This document shows, piece by piece, positions 24,940 through 38,100 of a stretch of 64,000 bases of DNA. Under the pieces are notes generated by a model that was not told the origin of the DNA, made no database searches, and saw only the letters and a list, made by a program, of their open reading frames with translations. The number at the start of each line of letters is the position of its first letter. The first letter of the stretch is position 1. The translations under genes were made by a program, and so were the position numbers. The stretch is from positions 127,846,001 through 127,910,000 of the forward strand of contig NC_086097.1 in assembly GCF_963921235.1 (NCBI RefSeq). Direction: 5' to 3'. This DNA is from Mobula hypostoma (lineage: Eukaryota).

Positions 24940-27155
24940 CCTGGGCATAAACACATCAGATGACCTATCCTGGGCCCAGCACATACAGTATACTGTGTAC
25001 ACTCAGGAGGAAGGTGTGTCAGCATCTTTGCTTTCTAAGGAAGTTACTCAGCTTACTGAACACCTTCAAACTTCGACAGATGCACTATTTAAGTATCCTG
25101 ACAGGATGCATCATGGTCTGGTATGAGAGTAGAGGACATCTGGTATACAGCAGAGAGTAGAAGACACTGCCTAATATGTCATGGACCCATTACTCTCTAC
25201 CATTGTTAGTATCTATAGGAGGAATTCCCTGAAGAAGGTAATATCCATCATCAAAGATCCTCACCATCTTTTTGCAGCTACCATCAGGCAGGATGTACAG
25301 AAGCCTGAAGTCCCTCACCACCAGATTCAAACACAACTCATTCCGTTCTTGAACCAACTGGTAAAACCCTCATCACCTACACTTTATAAACACTGTGACA
25401 ACTTTGATCACTTTGCATTGCAATGGGCTGTCTTTTAGTTCTAATTGTGTTCTTTCTTGTAAATATTATGGAACAGGTGAGAAGACAGCTGAAACGTCTC
25501 AACCCAAGCGAGTTTGCAGGACCAGATGGCGTCAGTACCAGGGTGCTCAAAGCCTGTGCCCCTCAGCTATGTAGAGTACTTCGCCATGTCTTCAACCTGA
25601 GCCTGATTCTCCGGAGGGTTCCTGTGCTGTGGAAGACGTCCTGCCTCGTCCCTGTGCCGAAGACGCCGCGCTCCAGCGGCCTCAATGACTACAGACCGGT
25701 GGCATTGACCTCCCACATCATGAAGACCCTGGAGAGACTTGTTCTGGAGCTGGTCCGGCCTATGGTCAGGCCTCACTTAGATCCCCTCCAGTTCGCCTAC
25801 CAGCCCCAACTAGGAGTTGAGGATGCCATCGTCTACCTGCTGAACCGTGTCTACGCCCACCTGGACAAGCCAGCGAGCACTGTGAGGGTCATGTTTTTTG
25901 ACTTCTCCAGTGCGTTCAACACCATCCGTTTGCTCTGCTGGGAGAGAAGCTGACAGCGATGCAGGTGGATACTTCCCTGGTATCATGGATTCTTGATTAC
26001 CTGACTGGCAGACCACAGTACGTGTGCTTGCAACACTGTGTGTCCGACAGAGTGGTCAGCAGCACTGGGGTTCCACAGGGGACTGTCTTGTCTCCCTTTC
26101 TCTTCACCATTTACACCTCAGACTTCAATTACTGCACAGAGTCTTGTCATCTTCAGAAGTTTTCGGATGACTCTGCCATAGTTGGATGCATCAGCAAGGG
26201 AGATGAGGCTGAGTACAGGGCTACGGTAGGAAACTTTGTCACATAGTATGAGCAGAATTATCTGCAGCTTAATGTGAAAAAGACTAAGGAGCTGGTGGTA
26301 GACCTGAGGAGAGCTAAGGTACCGGTGACCCCTGTTTCCATCCAGGGGGTCAGTGTGGACATGGTGGAGGATTACAAATACCTGGGGATATGAATTGACA
26401 ATAAACTGGACTGGTCAAAGAACACTGAGGCTGTCTACAAGAAGGTCGGAACCGTCTCTATTTCCTGAGGAGACTGAGGTCCTTTAACATCTGCCGGATG
26501 ATGCTGAGGATGTTCTACGAGTCTGTGGTGGCCAGTGCGATCATGTTTTCTGTTGTGTGCTGGGGCAGCAGGCTGAGGGTAACAGACAGCAACAGGATCA
26601 ACAAACTCATTTGTAAGGCCAGTGATGTTGTGGGGATGGAACTGGACTCTCTGACGGTGGTGTCTGAAAAGAGGATGCTGTCAAAGTTGCATGCCATCTT
26701 GGACAATGTCTCCCATCCACTACATAATGGACTGGTTGGGCACAGGAGTACATTCAGCCAGAGACTCATTCCACCGAGATGCAACACAGAGCGTCATAGG
26801 AAGTCATTCCTGCCTGTGGCCATCAAACTTTACAACTCCTCCCTTGGAGGGTCAGACACCCTGAGCCAATAGGCTGGTCTTGGACTTATTTCCTGGCATA
26901 ATTTACATATTACTATTTAACTATTTATGGTTTTATTACTATTTAATTATTTATGGTGCAACTGTAATGAAAACCAATTTCCCCCGGGATCAATAAAGTA
27001 TGACTATGACTATGACTAATTTATGTTTTCTTCCTGTTTTTCTTGTGAATATTGCTTAAATGTTGCTATGACCCTTGATGCTACTCTCAGTAAATTTTTC
27101 ATTACAACTGTGATGCATGTTCTTGTGCATATGACAATAAACCCAACTTTGACTT
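24940..27155 (+). mobile_element. Old Rex1/Babar 3' fragment hosting a younger Rex1/Babar insertion
   Basis: SILTGCIMVWY and SIIKDPHH motifs. The 3'UTR is split at ~25467/27020. Confidence 0.7.
25468..27018 (+). mobile_element. Young 5'-truncated Rex1/Babar LINE (RT pseudogene)
   Basis: CpG-rich and well conserved: LNDYRPVALTSHIMK, FFDFSSAFNTI, GVPQGTVLSPFLF, KFSDDS. Only a few frameshifts or stops. Ends AATAAAG(TATGAC)3. Confidence 0.95.
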
Positions 27156-28019
27156 ATTTCCTCTTTATTTTGCCGGAGTCGTACCTTGCTTCTGTACCTT
27201 GGACTCAGCATCTTCTCGTCTTACAACAAGCAGGTGAGGTGCCTGTGGTTAGCCGTTTCTGAATGTTGCTGGGACATCACAAGTAAAGCTGTATCTCTCA
27301 GAAGATCTTTTCCCCACAGTGATAATGCTTTTTAAAGATAGTTATCTGAGATGTGCTTTAAAAGTGTGGGCCTGGAGGCTTTTCAGATCTCTGCATATGG
27401 AATCAATGGAATTCCCAGGAAAAGTAGCAAAAACCTGATGTAAACTAGGATATCATCAATTACCTTGGGGTCCTTCTGGTGTCCAGCCAGATTTATTTTG
27501 AGAAACTGGGAAGTCATCTGTGAAACTCCAGGACTTAGCCACAATTTTGAAAATGGGGCAGGAGTAATGGAGAGGTTGGATGTGGGAGAAATGAGGCAGT
27601 GGGCATTGATATACAAAACAGTTCAAATATTAATGAACACAAGAGATTTGGCAAATGGATGCAGCTGGTTGTGATTTTCTTAAGCTTATAAATAATGAGC
27701 CTTTCTGTGAGAGACAGCTCATATCCTATCTAATATTGCTCATTCTCCTAAAACGTGGTCCAGAAATAGAAATATTATAAATCCTACATACACACAGGAT
27801 ATTGGGCGGAGAAAGGTGGAGTGTCTTTCACAAACTCAGATTATTCGAAAGCACTTTCCAGTCACATTACAAATGTCATGGATGCAATTTCCATCTAGCA
27901 CACTCAGAAGCTGACATGACAACAGTTATATATTCTGATTTTAGATGATAGATTTTACCTAAAACACTTAGGGTAATTTCTGTTCTCCTTCACGATACCA
28001 ATATTTTTCATCTACAATA

Positions 28020-28590
28020 CATAAGACCATAAGATATAGGAGCAGAATTAGGCTATTTGGCCCATCGAGTCTGCTCTGCCTTTTCATCATGACTGATCTA
28101 ATTTTCCTCGCAGCTCCAATCTCCTGCCTTCTCCCCATATTTCTTCATGCCCTGACCAATCAAAAATCTATGCCTTAAATATACATAAAGATTTGGCAAA
28201 GAATTCCACAGGTTCATCATTCTCTGGCTAAAGAAATTCATTGTTATCTCCGTTCTATTCTGAGACCATGTTCTCTGGTCTTGGACTCTCCCACCACAAG
28301 AAACATCCTCTCCACATTCACTCTATCGATGCCTTTCACCATTCAATAGGTTTCAAGGAGGTCACCCCTCATTCTCTGAATTCTAGTGAACACAGGCCTA
28401 GAACCATCAAACGCTTTTCATATGGCAAACCATTCAGTCCTGAAATAATTTTCTTGAACCATCTTTGAACCCTCACCAGTTTCAGCACATCCTTTCTAAA
28501 ATAAGGGGCCCAAACCTCCTCACAATACGTCAAATGTGGCTCAGCAGTGCTTTATAAAGTTTCAACATTACATCCTTGCTTTATATTCTA
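28020..28590 (-). mobile_element. CR1 (HER1-type) 3' fragment
   Basis: Reverse tail ataagaccataagatataggagcagaattagg followed by RT C-terminal sequence. Confidence 0.85.
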
Positions 28591-28639
28591 GTCGTCTATT
28601 CTCCATCAGTACTGTACTGCAATATCAAAAGAGAGATCA

Positions 28640-29402
28640 CCCAAATTCAAAGTACATTTATTATCGAAGTACTTATATTACCATATCCTACCCTGAGATT
28701 CTTTTTCTTGTGGGCATTCACCGTAGAATGAAGAAATACACAGGAATCATTGAAAATCTACACACAAAAACTGACAATTGAGGTGTAAAAGGTGATAAAC
28801 TGTACAACTAGAAAATAATAATAAAAAATAAATAAATAAACAAACAAGTAATACTGAGACCATGAGTTGTAGAGTCACAAGATCAGAAGTAAAGGAGAAG
28901 TAGGCCATTCAGCCCATTGAGTCTGCTCCACCACTCCACCATGAGCTATATTATTCTCCCATCCAGTTCCAGTTTCTGGCTTTTTCCCCCATATCCCTTG
29001 CTACCCTGACTAATGAGATACCTATCAATCCCCTCCTTAAACACCCTCAATGATTGGGACTCCACAGCTGTATGTGGCAAAGAATTCCATAGATCCATGA
29101 CCCTCTAGCTAAAAAAAATTCTTTTTGAGTCCTTGAAAGTGAGTCTATAGTTTGAGGTGAGTGAAAGAATCCATTCTGCTTCAGGAGCCCGATTGATGGG
29201 TAGCAACTGTATCTGAACCTAGTGGTGTGGGACCTATGGCTCCTGTACCTCTTTCCCAATGGCAGCAGCAAGAAGAGAGCATGGCCAGAATCCTTGATGA
29301 TTGATGCTGCTTTCTTTTGGCAGCACCCCTTGTCGATGTGCTCAAAGGAGGGGAGGGCTTTTTTTGTGTGATGGACTGCGTTGTATCCACCACTTTTTGT
29401 AG
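28640..29402 (-). mobile_element. Rex1/Babar 3' fragment with a nested CR1 tail (28877-29126)
   Basis: LLPLGKRYRS..TTRFRYS motif. The nested CR1 is flanked by direct repeat GAGTC (28872-28876 and 29127-29131). Confidence 0.8.
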
Positions 29403-30679
29403 GCTCTCCTCAGACTTATTTGTGAGAACGTGACCATCTCAGCCACAAATGAGAGTGCAGTGAGGTGTGTTTATCGTTTTCATGTGATAGATTGCATCAA
29501 AGGAAAAAAGTGATAACAACTCATCTGGATCACATTTGTATGTTCAGCTCAAAACTTACAGTGGGGAAAATGATAATGGGACTAGTCTGTTCATCTGTGA
29601 GATGGTACAAGTCCTTCTGTGTCATTATAAGATAAACTAATGATTTTTATTAAGCCCCCTGTAATGCAAACAGAAAGTATTGAAAATACTCAGAAAATTA
29701 GGCAGCATCTGAGGAGTGAAACTTTGTTAATATTTCAGGCTGATGACCCTTTAATTGATCACTGATCTGCAATTTTCTTCCTGCAAATGCTGATGAAAGT
29801 TTACTGACCCGAAACAATAGCTCTCTCTCTATGGAGGCTGCCTTATCTGCTGAATATTTCATCTTATTCCACCTTTTCCTGTGCTCGCCTGCTGCATCAT
29901 TGGAGTAGAGCCTCATCAAAGGACGTCTGTTATGGTTAATAAGATGTGGTTCTAATATTTAATAGTATGGAGTTTAAAATATTGTGACTTATCCATGCCT
30001 CAAGTATTGCACAACTTAACAACTTAACAAACACTTTGTTTGTCCCAATACTATTAAAATTGTGGCCTCTAATGGCAGGGTTAGACACCAGCTTTTCTTT
30101 ACCCTTGAGTATCTTATTTAATATGATTTAGGACTCACTCTAATGAAACTGCACCATTACCCAAACAGAACCTGTGTTCCTTTCGTGGCTTTTGTATGAC
30201 CTTCTCAATTCTGCCGGGAGGTTGACTAATTAACACTTCAGTGAAAGAAGGCTGCTTGCAAATGATTAATATGCTACACTTTCACAGTCAATAAAAGAAG
30301 AACATCTTGGGTTTTTAAATCCCCTTCCGTGGTCTTTGGTAAGAAATATCCAACCTAATTTGTCTGCATCAAGCTTCCAGAAATATCAAGGTGATAACGA
30401 CCAGACAATTTTTCTTTGTCACAAACAAGACAAAATCTGCAGATGCTGGGAATCCAAGGCAACGTACATAACATGCTGGAGGAAATCAGCAGGCCAGGCA
30501 GCAATATTATCTGGGATAAATAATGGTAGGGATGAATATATAATATCATTTATATCACCTTGCTCTTTGTGGGAGCTTGTTCCACATCAGTAAGGCTACG
30601 TTGGGATTAGAAAGATGTTTCAGATGTGTGAAGGATCATGGAAGTTAGGTCAGAATTATATCAGTGTTGGTGTCAAATG

Positions 30680-31050
30680 TGGTTGAGTTGAGTGCCCTTG
30701 TAACCATGAGTCAGAAAGTTATTGGTTTGAGTCCTGATCGTGTAAAAGCATCGTCTCTCACTGGAGGAGAGTGCTGCACTGTTGGAGGTGCCATTTTAAT
30801 CAATGTTAAATCTAGCCCCCTTCTGCTCAGTCTGGTATTTTACAAAAGGTCTAAGGCACCATTTCCAAGACAAATTGTTCTGAGTGTCCTGGCCACACTA
30901 AGCCCCAACTCATTATTAGCTTGAAACAGAAATTCTGGCTTTCTCTATTGATGTTGTGGGAACTTGCTTTGTGAATATTCTGCTGTGTTTCCTACACCAC
31001 AGCAGTGCAGGTTGTGAACTGCTTTGGGATGAGATGAAAGAAGCCAAATT
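30680..31050 (+). mobile_element. Ancient DeuSINE (SacSINE1/AmnSINE1-like)
   Basis: gagtgctgcactgttggaggtgcc...gttaaa...ggcaccattt...gtgtcctggcca...tgtgggaacttgct resembles the Deu domain as I recall it. Confidence 0.65.
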
Positions 31051-31459
31051 ATTATTAGTCCTGCTTTAATTTGTTGATACTGCACCATTAAAATTTATAA
31101 TTAATGTTATTAATAAATAATTTTAAAGGGCAAAGTTACTGTAGAGCTTTCCGTTTCAAAATCCACTTTTAGACATGCTACCTCATTTGAATATGATGAG
31201 TACACTAAAATATCTGAACGTGTCCAGATAATCCAGCATAGTGGTCATCCCTTCCACATTGCCCAGATGAGATCTTATTACAGTGGGTTCCTCTGTGCTC
31301 TCAGCTTTTGGAGTGCCATGTTAAGAGATATCAATCGAATAATTTGTGACCATACTTCTGATCTTTATTTATCCTTGACATTTCATTGATCGAAAATGTC
31401 TCTTTTGGTCCACTGAGTCCATGCTGACCCATTTACCATTTACACTCATCTTATATTAA

Positions 31460-34400
31460 TCACGAATGATAAAGGAAGCCCCAAACACTGCCAAGATGAA
31501 GGCCAAAATTGCTTTTTGGAATATATGAACCATGCACAACACTGGCAAGCTAGCACAAATAACTTCAGAAATGCGCTGTTACAACCTATATACAGTGCCT
31601 GTAAAAAGTATTCGCTCCCCCCCTCCGGAAGTTTTCATGTTTTATTGTTTTACAATATTGAATCATAATGGATTTAATTAGGCTTTTTTTGGACACTGAT
31701 CAACCAAAAAAAAAGACACTTTTGTGTGAAAGTGCAAACAGATCTCAACAAAGTGATCTAAATTAATTACAAATATAAAAACACAAAATAATTGATTGCA
31801 TAGTCACTTATTTTGCATAACCCCTCTCCCCTTTAAGATGACACACCAAATCATCACTTCTGCAGCCAATTGGTTTTAGAAGTCACATAATTAGTTAAAT
31901 GGAGACCTGTTTTTGGAGACCTGTGTGCAGTCAAGGTGTTTCAATTGACTGTAGTACAAATAAACCTGTATCTGGGAGGTTCAACGACTGCTGAGTCAGT
32001 ATCCTGGCAAAAACTACACCATGAAGACAAAAGAATGCTCCAAGCAACACCGCGAAAAGGTTATTGAAAAATACAAGTCAGGGATGGATACAAGAACATT
32101 TCCAAGTCACTGAATATCCCTTGAAGTACAATTCAGTCAATTTTCAAAAGATGGAAAGAAATTGGCACAGCTGTAAATCTACCTGGAACAGGCCATCCTC
32201 AAAGACCGTGTGACCGTGTAAGAAGGGGATAGTGAGAAAGGCCACCAAGAGACCTATGACAACTCTAAAGGAGTTACTGAAGCTTCAGTGGCTGAGATGG
32301 GAGAGACTGTACATACAGCAACTGTTACCCAGGTGCTTCACCAGTCGCAACTCTATGGGAGATTGGCAAAGAGAAAGCCACCGTTGGAAAAAAAACTCAC
32401 ATGGAGTTGGCTAGAGTTTGCCAGAAGGTACCTGGGAGACTGAATTCAGCTGGAAGGATTTTCTATGGTCTGATGGAACCATAATTGAACTTTTTGGACG
32501 TCAGAGTAAATGCTATGCTTCATCTAAGCCAAACACTGTACATCATCAAAAACACTCCATCCCTACCATGAAGCAAGGTGGTGGTTGCATCATGCTGTGG
32601 GGATGCTTCACTGCAGCAGACCCTGGAAGGCTTGTGAAGGTAGAGAGTAAAATGAATTCAGCAAAGTACAGGGAAATCCTGGAGCAAAACCTGATGCAGT
32701 CTGCAAGAGAACTGCGAATGGGGAGATTTGTTTTCCAGCAAGACAATGACCCCAAGCATAAAGCCAAAGCTACACAGGAATGGCTTAAAAACAACAAAGT
32801 TAATGTCCTTGACTGGCCAAGTCAGAGTCTAGATTTCAATCCAATTGAGAATTTGTGGCTAGACTTGGAAAGGCTGTTCACTCATGATGCCCATGCAATC
32901 TGACAGAGCTTGAGCAGTTTTGTAAAGAAGAATGGAGAGAAATTGCTGTGTCCAGATGTGCAAAGCTGTTAGAGATCTATCCATACAGACTCAAGGCTGT
33001 AGTTTCTGCCAAAGGTGCATCTACTAAATACTATCTTGAAGGGGCTGATTACTTATGTTTTATATTTGTAATTAATTTAGAGCACTTTGTAGAGTGAATA
33101 CTTTTTATAAGCACTGTATACTGGGTGTCAGTGAAAGCAGAAGGACAGGGTCTGGCAGACTAAAGGCAGCAACTGGTGAAACAGTTTTATAGTCAAGGAA
33201 GGGAAGATGGTCAACATCATGATGGTGTGGCTTTGGAAGAATGGCATTGAGAAGTGCTTGCTGGAGTGAAAACCAATGAACAGTAGGCTTATGAGAATCA
33301 GAGTGAAAAGGAAGCAAGTGAATACAACTCTGGTCCAGTACTATGCTCCAACTAACAATAGTGACATTGAAGAAAAGGACATCTTGTACGAACAACTGCA
33401 ATTGGAGGCAGTGTTAACACCACACCATGACATAATCAACAGCATGGGAGATCTAAACACCAAAGTGGGAAATAACAATTTACACTTCTCCAGGGTTACG
33501 GGCAGACATGGATATGGAATGAGGAATAACGATGGTGGAATTCTCTGCCATGAACAATCTGGTCATAGGAGCGACCATCTTCCTACCTTGTGAAATCCAC
33601 ATGCTGACATGGCATTCACCCAATAGGCAAGACAAGAACAAGATTGACCATTTAATGATCAAAAGTATGTGCAGACGATCCTTGCGGGATGTAAAGGTGG
33701 AGAGAGGAGCGAATACAGGAAGTGATCACCATCTAGAGGTAGCAGTGATGAAACTCAAGTTGAAAAGCACTGGGACCAGAACACACATACAAAGGCGTTT
33801 TGACGTTGAAAAGCTTAAGGACATCAATGCGAGATCTGCATTCACCACTCAGATTAAGGGCAGATCCCAGGCCATGCAAGACCTTGATGAGGATGTGTCA
33901 GTAGACAGGATCAATGCAATATGGAAACAGATTGCCTCAGTCTTCAAGGAGAGCAGCGAGGCTTGTCTAGGATACAGAGCTGGAAATAAAAACAGAGAAT
34001 GGATACAACAGGAAACATGGGCAGCCTTAGAAGATAGATGGAAAATTAAAAAGAAAGTTTTAGATACAAAATCAACACGAATTAAGATGAAACTTCAACT
34101 AGCATACACTGAAGCTAAAAAGAAATTGAAGAGATTTGTAAGAAGGAGAAGAGAATCTTCATGGAAGACCTTGCAGAGAAGGCTCGAGCAGCAGCTAGCT
34201 GAGGTGATCAGGGAAATATATACAAGATTTCAAAACTGGTAAGCAGAAAGTTCCAGGCCAGATCCAGTGGTCCCGTGAGAGATAAGGATGGTCTGCTTTT
34301 GACAACTGAGAAAGAGCAAGATGCATTGTGGACAGAGAATTACTGAATAGACCACCGCCAGATAAAGACCCTGATGTACAAAAGGCAGCAGGCAACCTCA

Positions 34401-34595
34401 ATGTCAATTCAGATCCACCCAAGAAAGAAGAGATTGTTACTGTGATTAAATTATTAAAGACCAGCAAAGCTCCAGGAAATGACATTTTGAACACCGAACT
34501 GTTCAAAGCTGAACTAAAAGTTGCAGCAGCCATCCTGCACCACTGTGCACTATAATCTGGAACGGGGGACAAGTACCCATGAACGGGACAAAGGA
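31460..34595 (+). mobile_element. RTE-clade LINE (endonuclease and linker), split by a Tc1
   Basis: AFWNI*TM..GKLAQITSEMRCYNLY|ILGVSESR; YYAPTN; GDLNTKVG; TWHSPN..NKIDH; GSDHHL; KAPGND. Confidence 0.88.
31593..33116 (+). mobile_element. Tc1 DNA transposon with decayed DD34E transposase (~32021-33033)
   Basis: TIRs CAGTGCCTGTAAAAAGTATTC / GAATACTTTTTATAAGCACTG with TA on both sides. Protein motifs MKTKE.., WSDGT, QQDNDPKH and NPIENLW, with 34 aa between D and E. Confidence 0.95.
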
Positions 34596-34889
34596 AGCAT
34601 TTGCAGTTGTTTTTCAAAAACTTATTTCATGAGTTAATTTCATGCTTGTAAAATGCCAATAAGCTGACACCATCATTTCTCATCTGTACATTGCAACATT
34701 GCATTGGGTTTTGCTTCCTGCTTGTGAGATGTGACAGCCAGCTAAGTGAGATGTCAGTCCTCAAACTGATATAATTGCTGTGATGCTCTTCATGAGATAA
34801 TGTACTTCATAGTATGGAGATACAACGAAGTGTTTTATATTTGATTGATCAGAGATGACTGAAAGAGACTGTAGAGTGCCTTCCTTCCC

Positions 34890-35190
34890 CACAGAACATT
34901 GAAAAGAGAACATAGAACAATAAAGCACAGGGACGGCCCTTTGGCCCATGACCATGGTGCCATTCCATACTAATCCCACCTACCTGCACGTGATCTGTAT
35001 CCCTCCATTCCCTGTCATTTCATTCACCTGAATGTTTCTTAATTGTTGCTATCATATCTGCTTCCACTACTTGGCCTGGCAGCGTGTTCCAAGCATCTGG
35101 ATAAAAATAAAGCCTGGCTCATGAACCTCTTCTAATTATTTCTCCTGTTGCCTTAAAGCTATGCACTCCAGAATCTATAATTTCCACCCA
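34890..35190 (-). mobile_element. CR1 3' tail fragment
   Basis: Reverse tail gaacatagaac...ggccctttggccc and the RT C-terminal sequence (gcgtgttcca). Confidence 0.7.
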
Positions 35191-38100
35191 GAGTTTTGGA
35201 GGAGTTCATGACTGCCCTGAGGAAGATGTTTCATCACCCTACCAGAGCCAGCCGAGCCTCAGACCACCCGATGAATGTTCAACAGAGCTGGCTATGTGAT
35301 CGAATTTTGGACCTTGGCCCAAGAAAGTGGTTGGAATGGGAAGGCCTTGGCCGTGCTATACTGCCATGGATTCTGAGATGAACTGAAGGATGCCCAACAG
35401 AGAACTTAGAGGTTCTCCTTGACCAGTCTATCTGTCTTGATAATCATCTGGCAGAGCGAAAGTGGGGCAACCGAAGGAGGTTGAAGACAGTTGGTCCGAG
35501 CCCAGTCCATAAGCATCATAATTTCACTCCCCAAACTCAGGCCATGACCAGCCATTGCCTGCTCAAAATCCAGTCAAACCCATGCAGGGCGCTTGCTCTA
35601 GGTCCTGGAGTCGGAGTCAAGGTTGCTGCTTTTACCATGGGGAAACGGGACGTCTGTGGGCCTAACGTCCGAATCCGCAGCCACCTGGGAAACTGCTAAG
35701 ACTGTCCAATGTTGGGAGGACTGTGATGGCAGCAGCCGCTATGCCCAAGCCCACGGATTCTGGTTTTTTGTGAAAGGCGGAGTTCACCGGGGAGTACGAA
35801 CTTGAGGCAATTGAAGGCTTTTGTGGACTCGGGGCAACAGGTAATTTTCAGGACCTAGAAATTATTAAGGGCTTGGACACACTAGAGGCAGGAAACATGG
35901 TCCCGATGTTGGGGGAGTCCAGAACCAGAGGCCACAGTTTAAGAATAAGGAGTAGACAATTTAGAACGGAGTTGAGGAAAAACTGTTTCACACAGAGGGT
36001 TGTGGTTCTGTGGAATGCTTTGCCTCAGAAGGCAGACGAGGCCAATTCTCTGGATTCTTTCAAAAAAAGAGTTAGATAGCGCTCTTAAAGATAACGGAGT
36101 GAAGGGATACAGGGAGAAGGCAGGAAAAGGATACTGATTGTGGATGATCAGCCATGATCACAGTGAATGGCGGTGCTGGCTCGAAGGGCTGAATGGCCTA
36201 CTCCTGCATCTATTGTCTATTGAAATTGTCCGTTGGTTCAACATACCGATGTGGGAGTTGAGCCAGTCCTTGCCTGCAACTGTCTTGGATGGCCAACCGC
36301 TATATTATGGGCAGATCCAACAACACACTGTGGAATTGCAGATGAGGTTAAGGGATCATATGGAAGACATTAATTTCTACATTATTGACTTTCTACTCAT
36401 ACCCTGGATCCTCGGGGTATTTCTGATCCTCGGCTGTCCTAGCACAACTCATCTGTGGACTGGAGCGAGGGGAGAATCATTGCTTGGTCCAGTCATTGTA
36501 AAAGGCTTTGTTTGCGGCATGTTCTGACACCTGGACTCTCTAGTGACCAATGACCTAAAATAGGGCTGGCTTCAGTGCAAGGGAACCTGAGACCTTCTGG
36601 AGACCTGGTCCAATCCTCAAGAGCGGACGAGCAGATTCTGACCAACAGGACAGTGCGAGTCCTGATGCAGTCTAGTTGGAATCCCACAGGAAATAGAGGG
36701 AATTTCTAGGTCAGGAGAAGACCAAGGAGGTGACTGAACAGCCTGGGAGACTTGCTGCTAAGCTGAAGGCTAAGCCGCCATGTCTCAAGGAAGGGAAAGA
36801 AGCCTATTCCTGGTGATGCAAGAACCCTCTGTAACATCTTGCTGCCATTGCCTGTGGATACAGACAGCGAGCTGAATTCTGATTTGGCCACTGTTCCCAT
36901 GGGATGAACTTCGTGAGCTCAAAGAGAGGACTCTGGTCCGTCAAATCACCCGTCACCAAAGAAGTATCAGTAGTCATCCATGAAGGAAGGTCCAGAGGAG
37001 ATAGCAACATCTAAACCGGTCGAAATCCCCTTTGTTTTCAAGGACTTGTCTTCAGCAAGGGAATGGCTTTGACTCTTCCACCACACTGATCCTCCGACTG
37101 TGCCATAGACCTGCTGCCTGGTACTTGTCCTCCACGGGGCCATTTATAGAGAGAAGTGCCACAGAGGAGTATATAAATGAATCTCTTGCCGTGGGCTTTA
37201 TTTGGCCATCCACCTCACCCACTGGTGCAGGTTTCTTATTCATACAAAAGGAAGATGGGGTCTGCGGCTGTGCATTGCCTGCAGGGGATTAAACTACATG
37301 AGAACTGTGAATTGCTACCCACTTCCTCTTATGAATACAGCTTTCCAGATGTTCCAAGTGTTGAGGGTATTCATAAATTAGACCTCAGGAGTACCTACAA
37401 TCTGTTCTGTATCAGGAAGGGTGTTGAGTGGAAGATGGCATTCAATACACAGACAGGGCATCACGAGTATCAGGTAATGCTCTTCGGCCTTGCAAATACC
37501 TCAGCCATTTTCCAAGCCTTTATAAACAATGTCCCACGGGATACTCTCCATAAGTATGTCTTCATTTACTTGGATGATATCCTAATCTACTTGAAGTCCA
37601 TGGTAGAGTAGTTGCTCATGTCAGGGACATTTTAAAGAGACTACTAGACTATGAACTTTACATCAAGTTGGAGAAGTCTGAATTTCATGTGACAACTGTT
37701 TACTTTTGGGTTTCATCATCTCTAATGGTAATCACAAGATGGACCCTACCGAGACCCAGCCAATCAGAGACTGGCCACCACCATCCAATGTCAGACAAGT
37801 CCAACAGCTCCTGGGCTTTGCTAACTTCCACCGAAAGTTCATCAGGTACTTCTGCTCGGTAGCAGCTCCGCTGACGGCCTTAACTAAGAAATCCACAGGC
37901 CCTTTTGTCTGAACCACTGAAGTGAAGTCTGCTTTTGCAGAGCTTAAACAGCAGTTTACTATAGCTCCCATCTTGGTTTCTCCTAACCCGGACTTTCCCT
38001 TCCTACTGGAGGTACATGCCTCAGACATCAGAGAGGGTGCTGTCGTGTCTCAACAATCACCTCCAGACGGTCAACTGCACCCATATGCATTTTTCTCCAG

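Noticed and set aside
27182..27270. Possible exon on either strand
   Set aside because: From the best minus-strand acceptor all three frames contain stops. Alternative acceptors lack a pyrimidine tract, and no peptide is recognisable.
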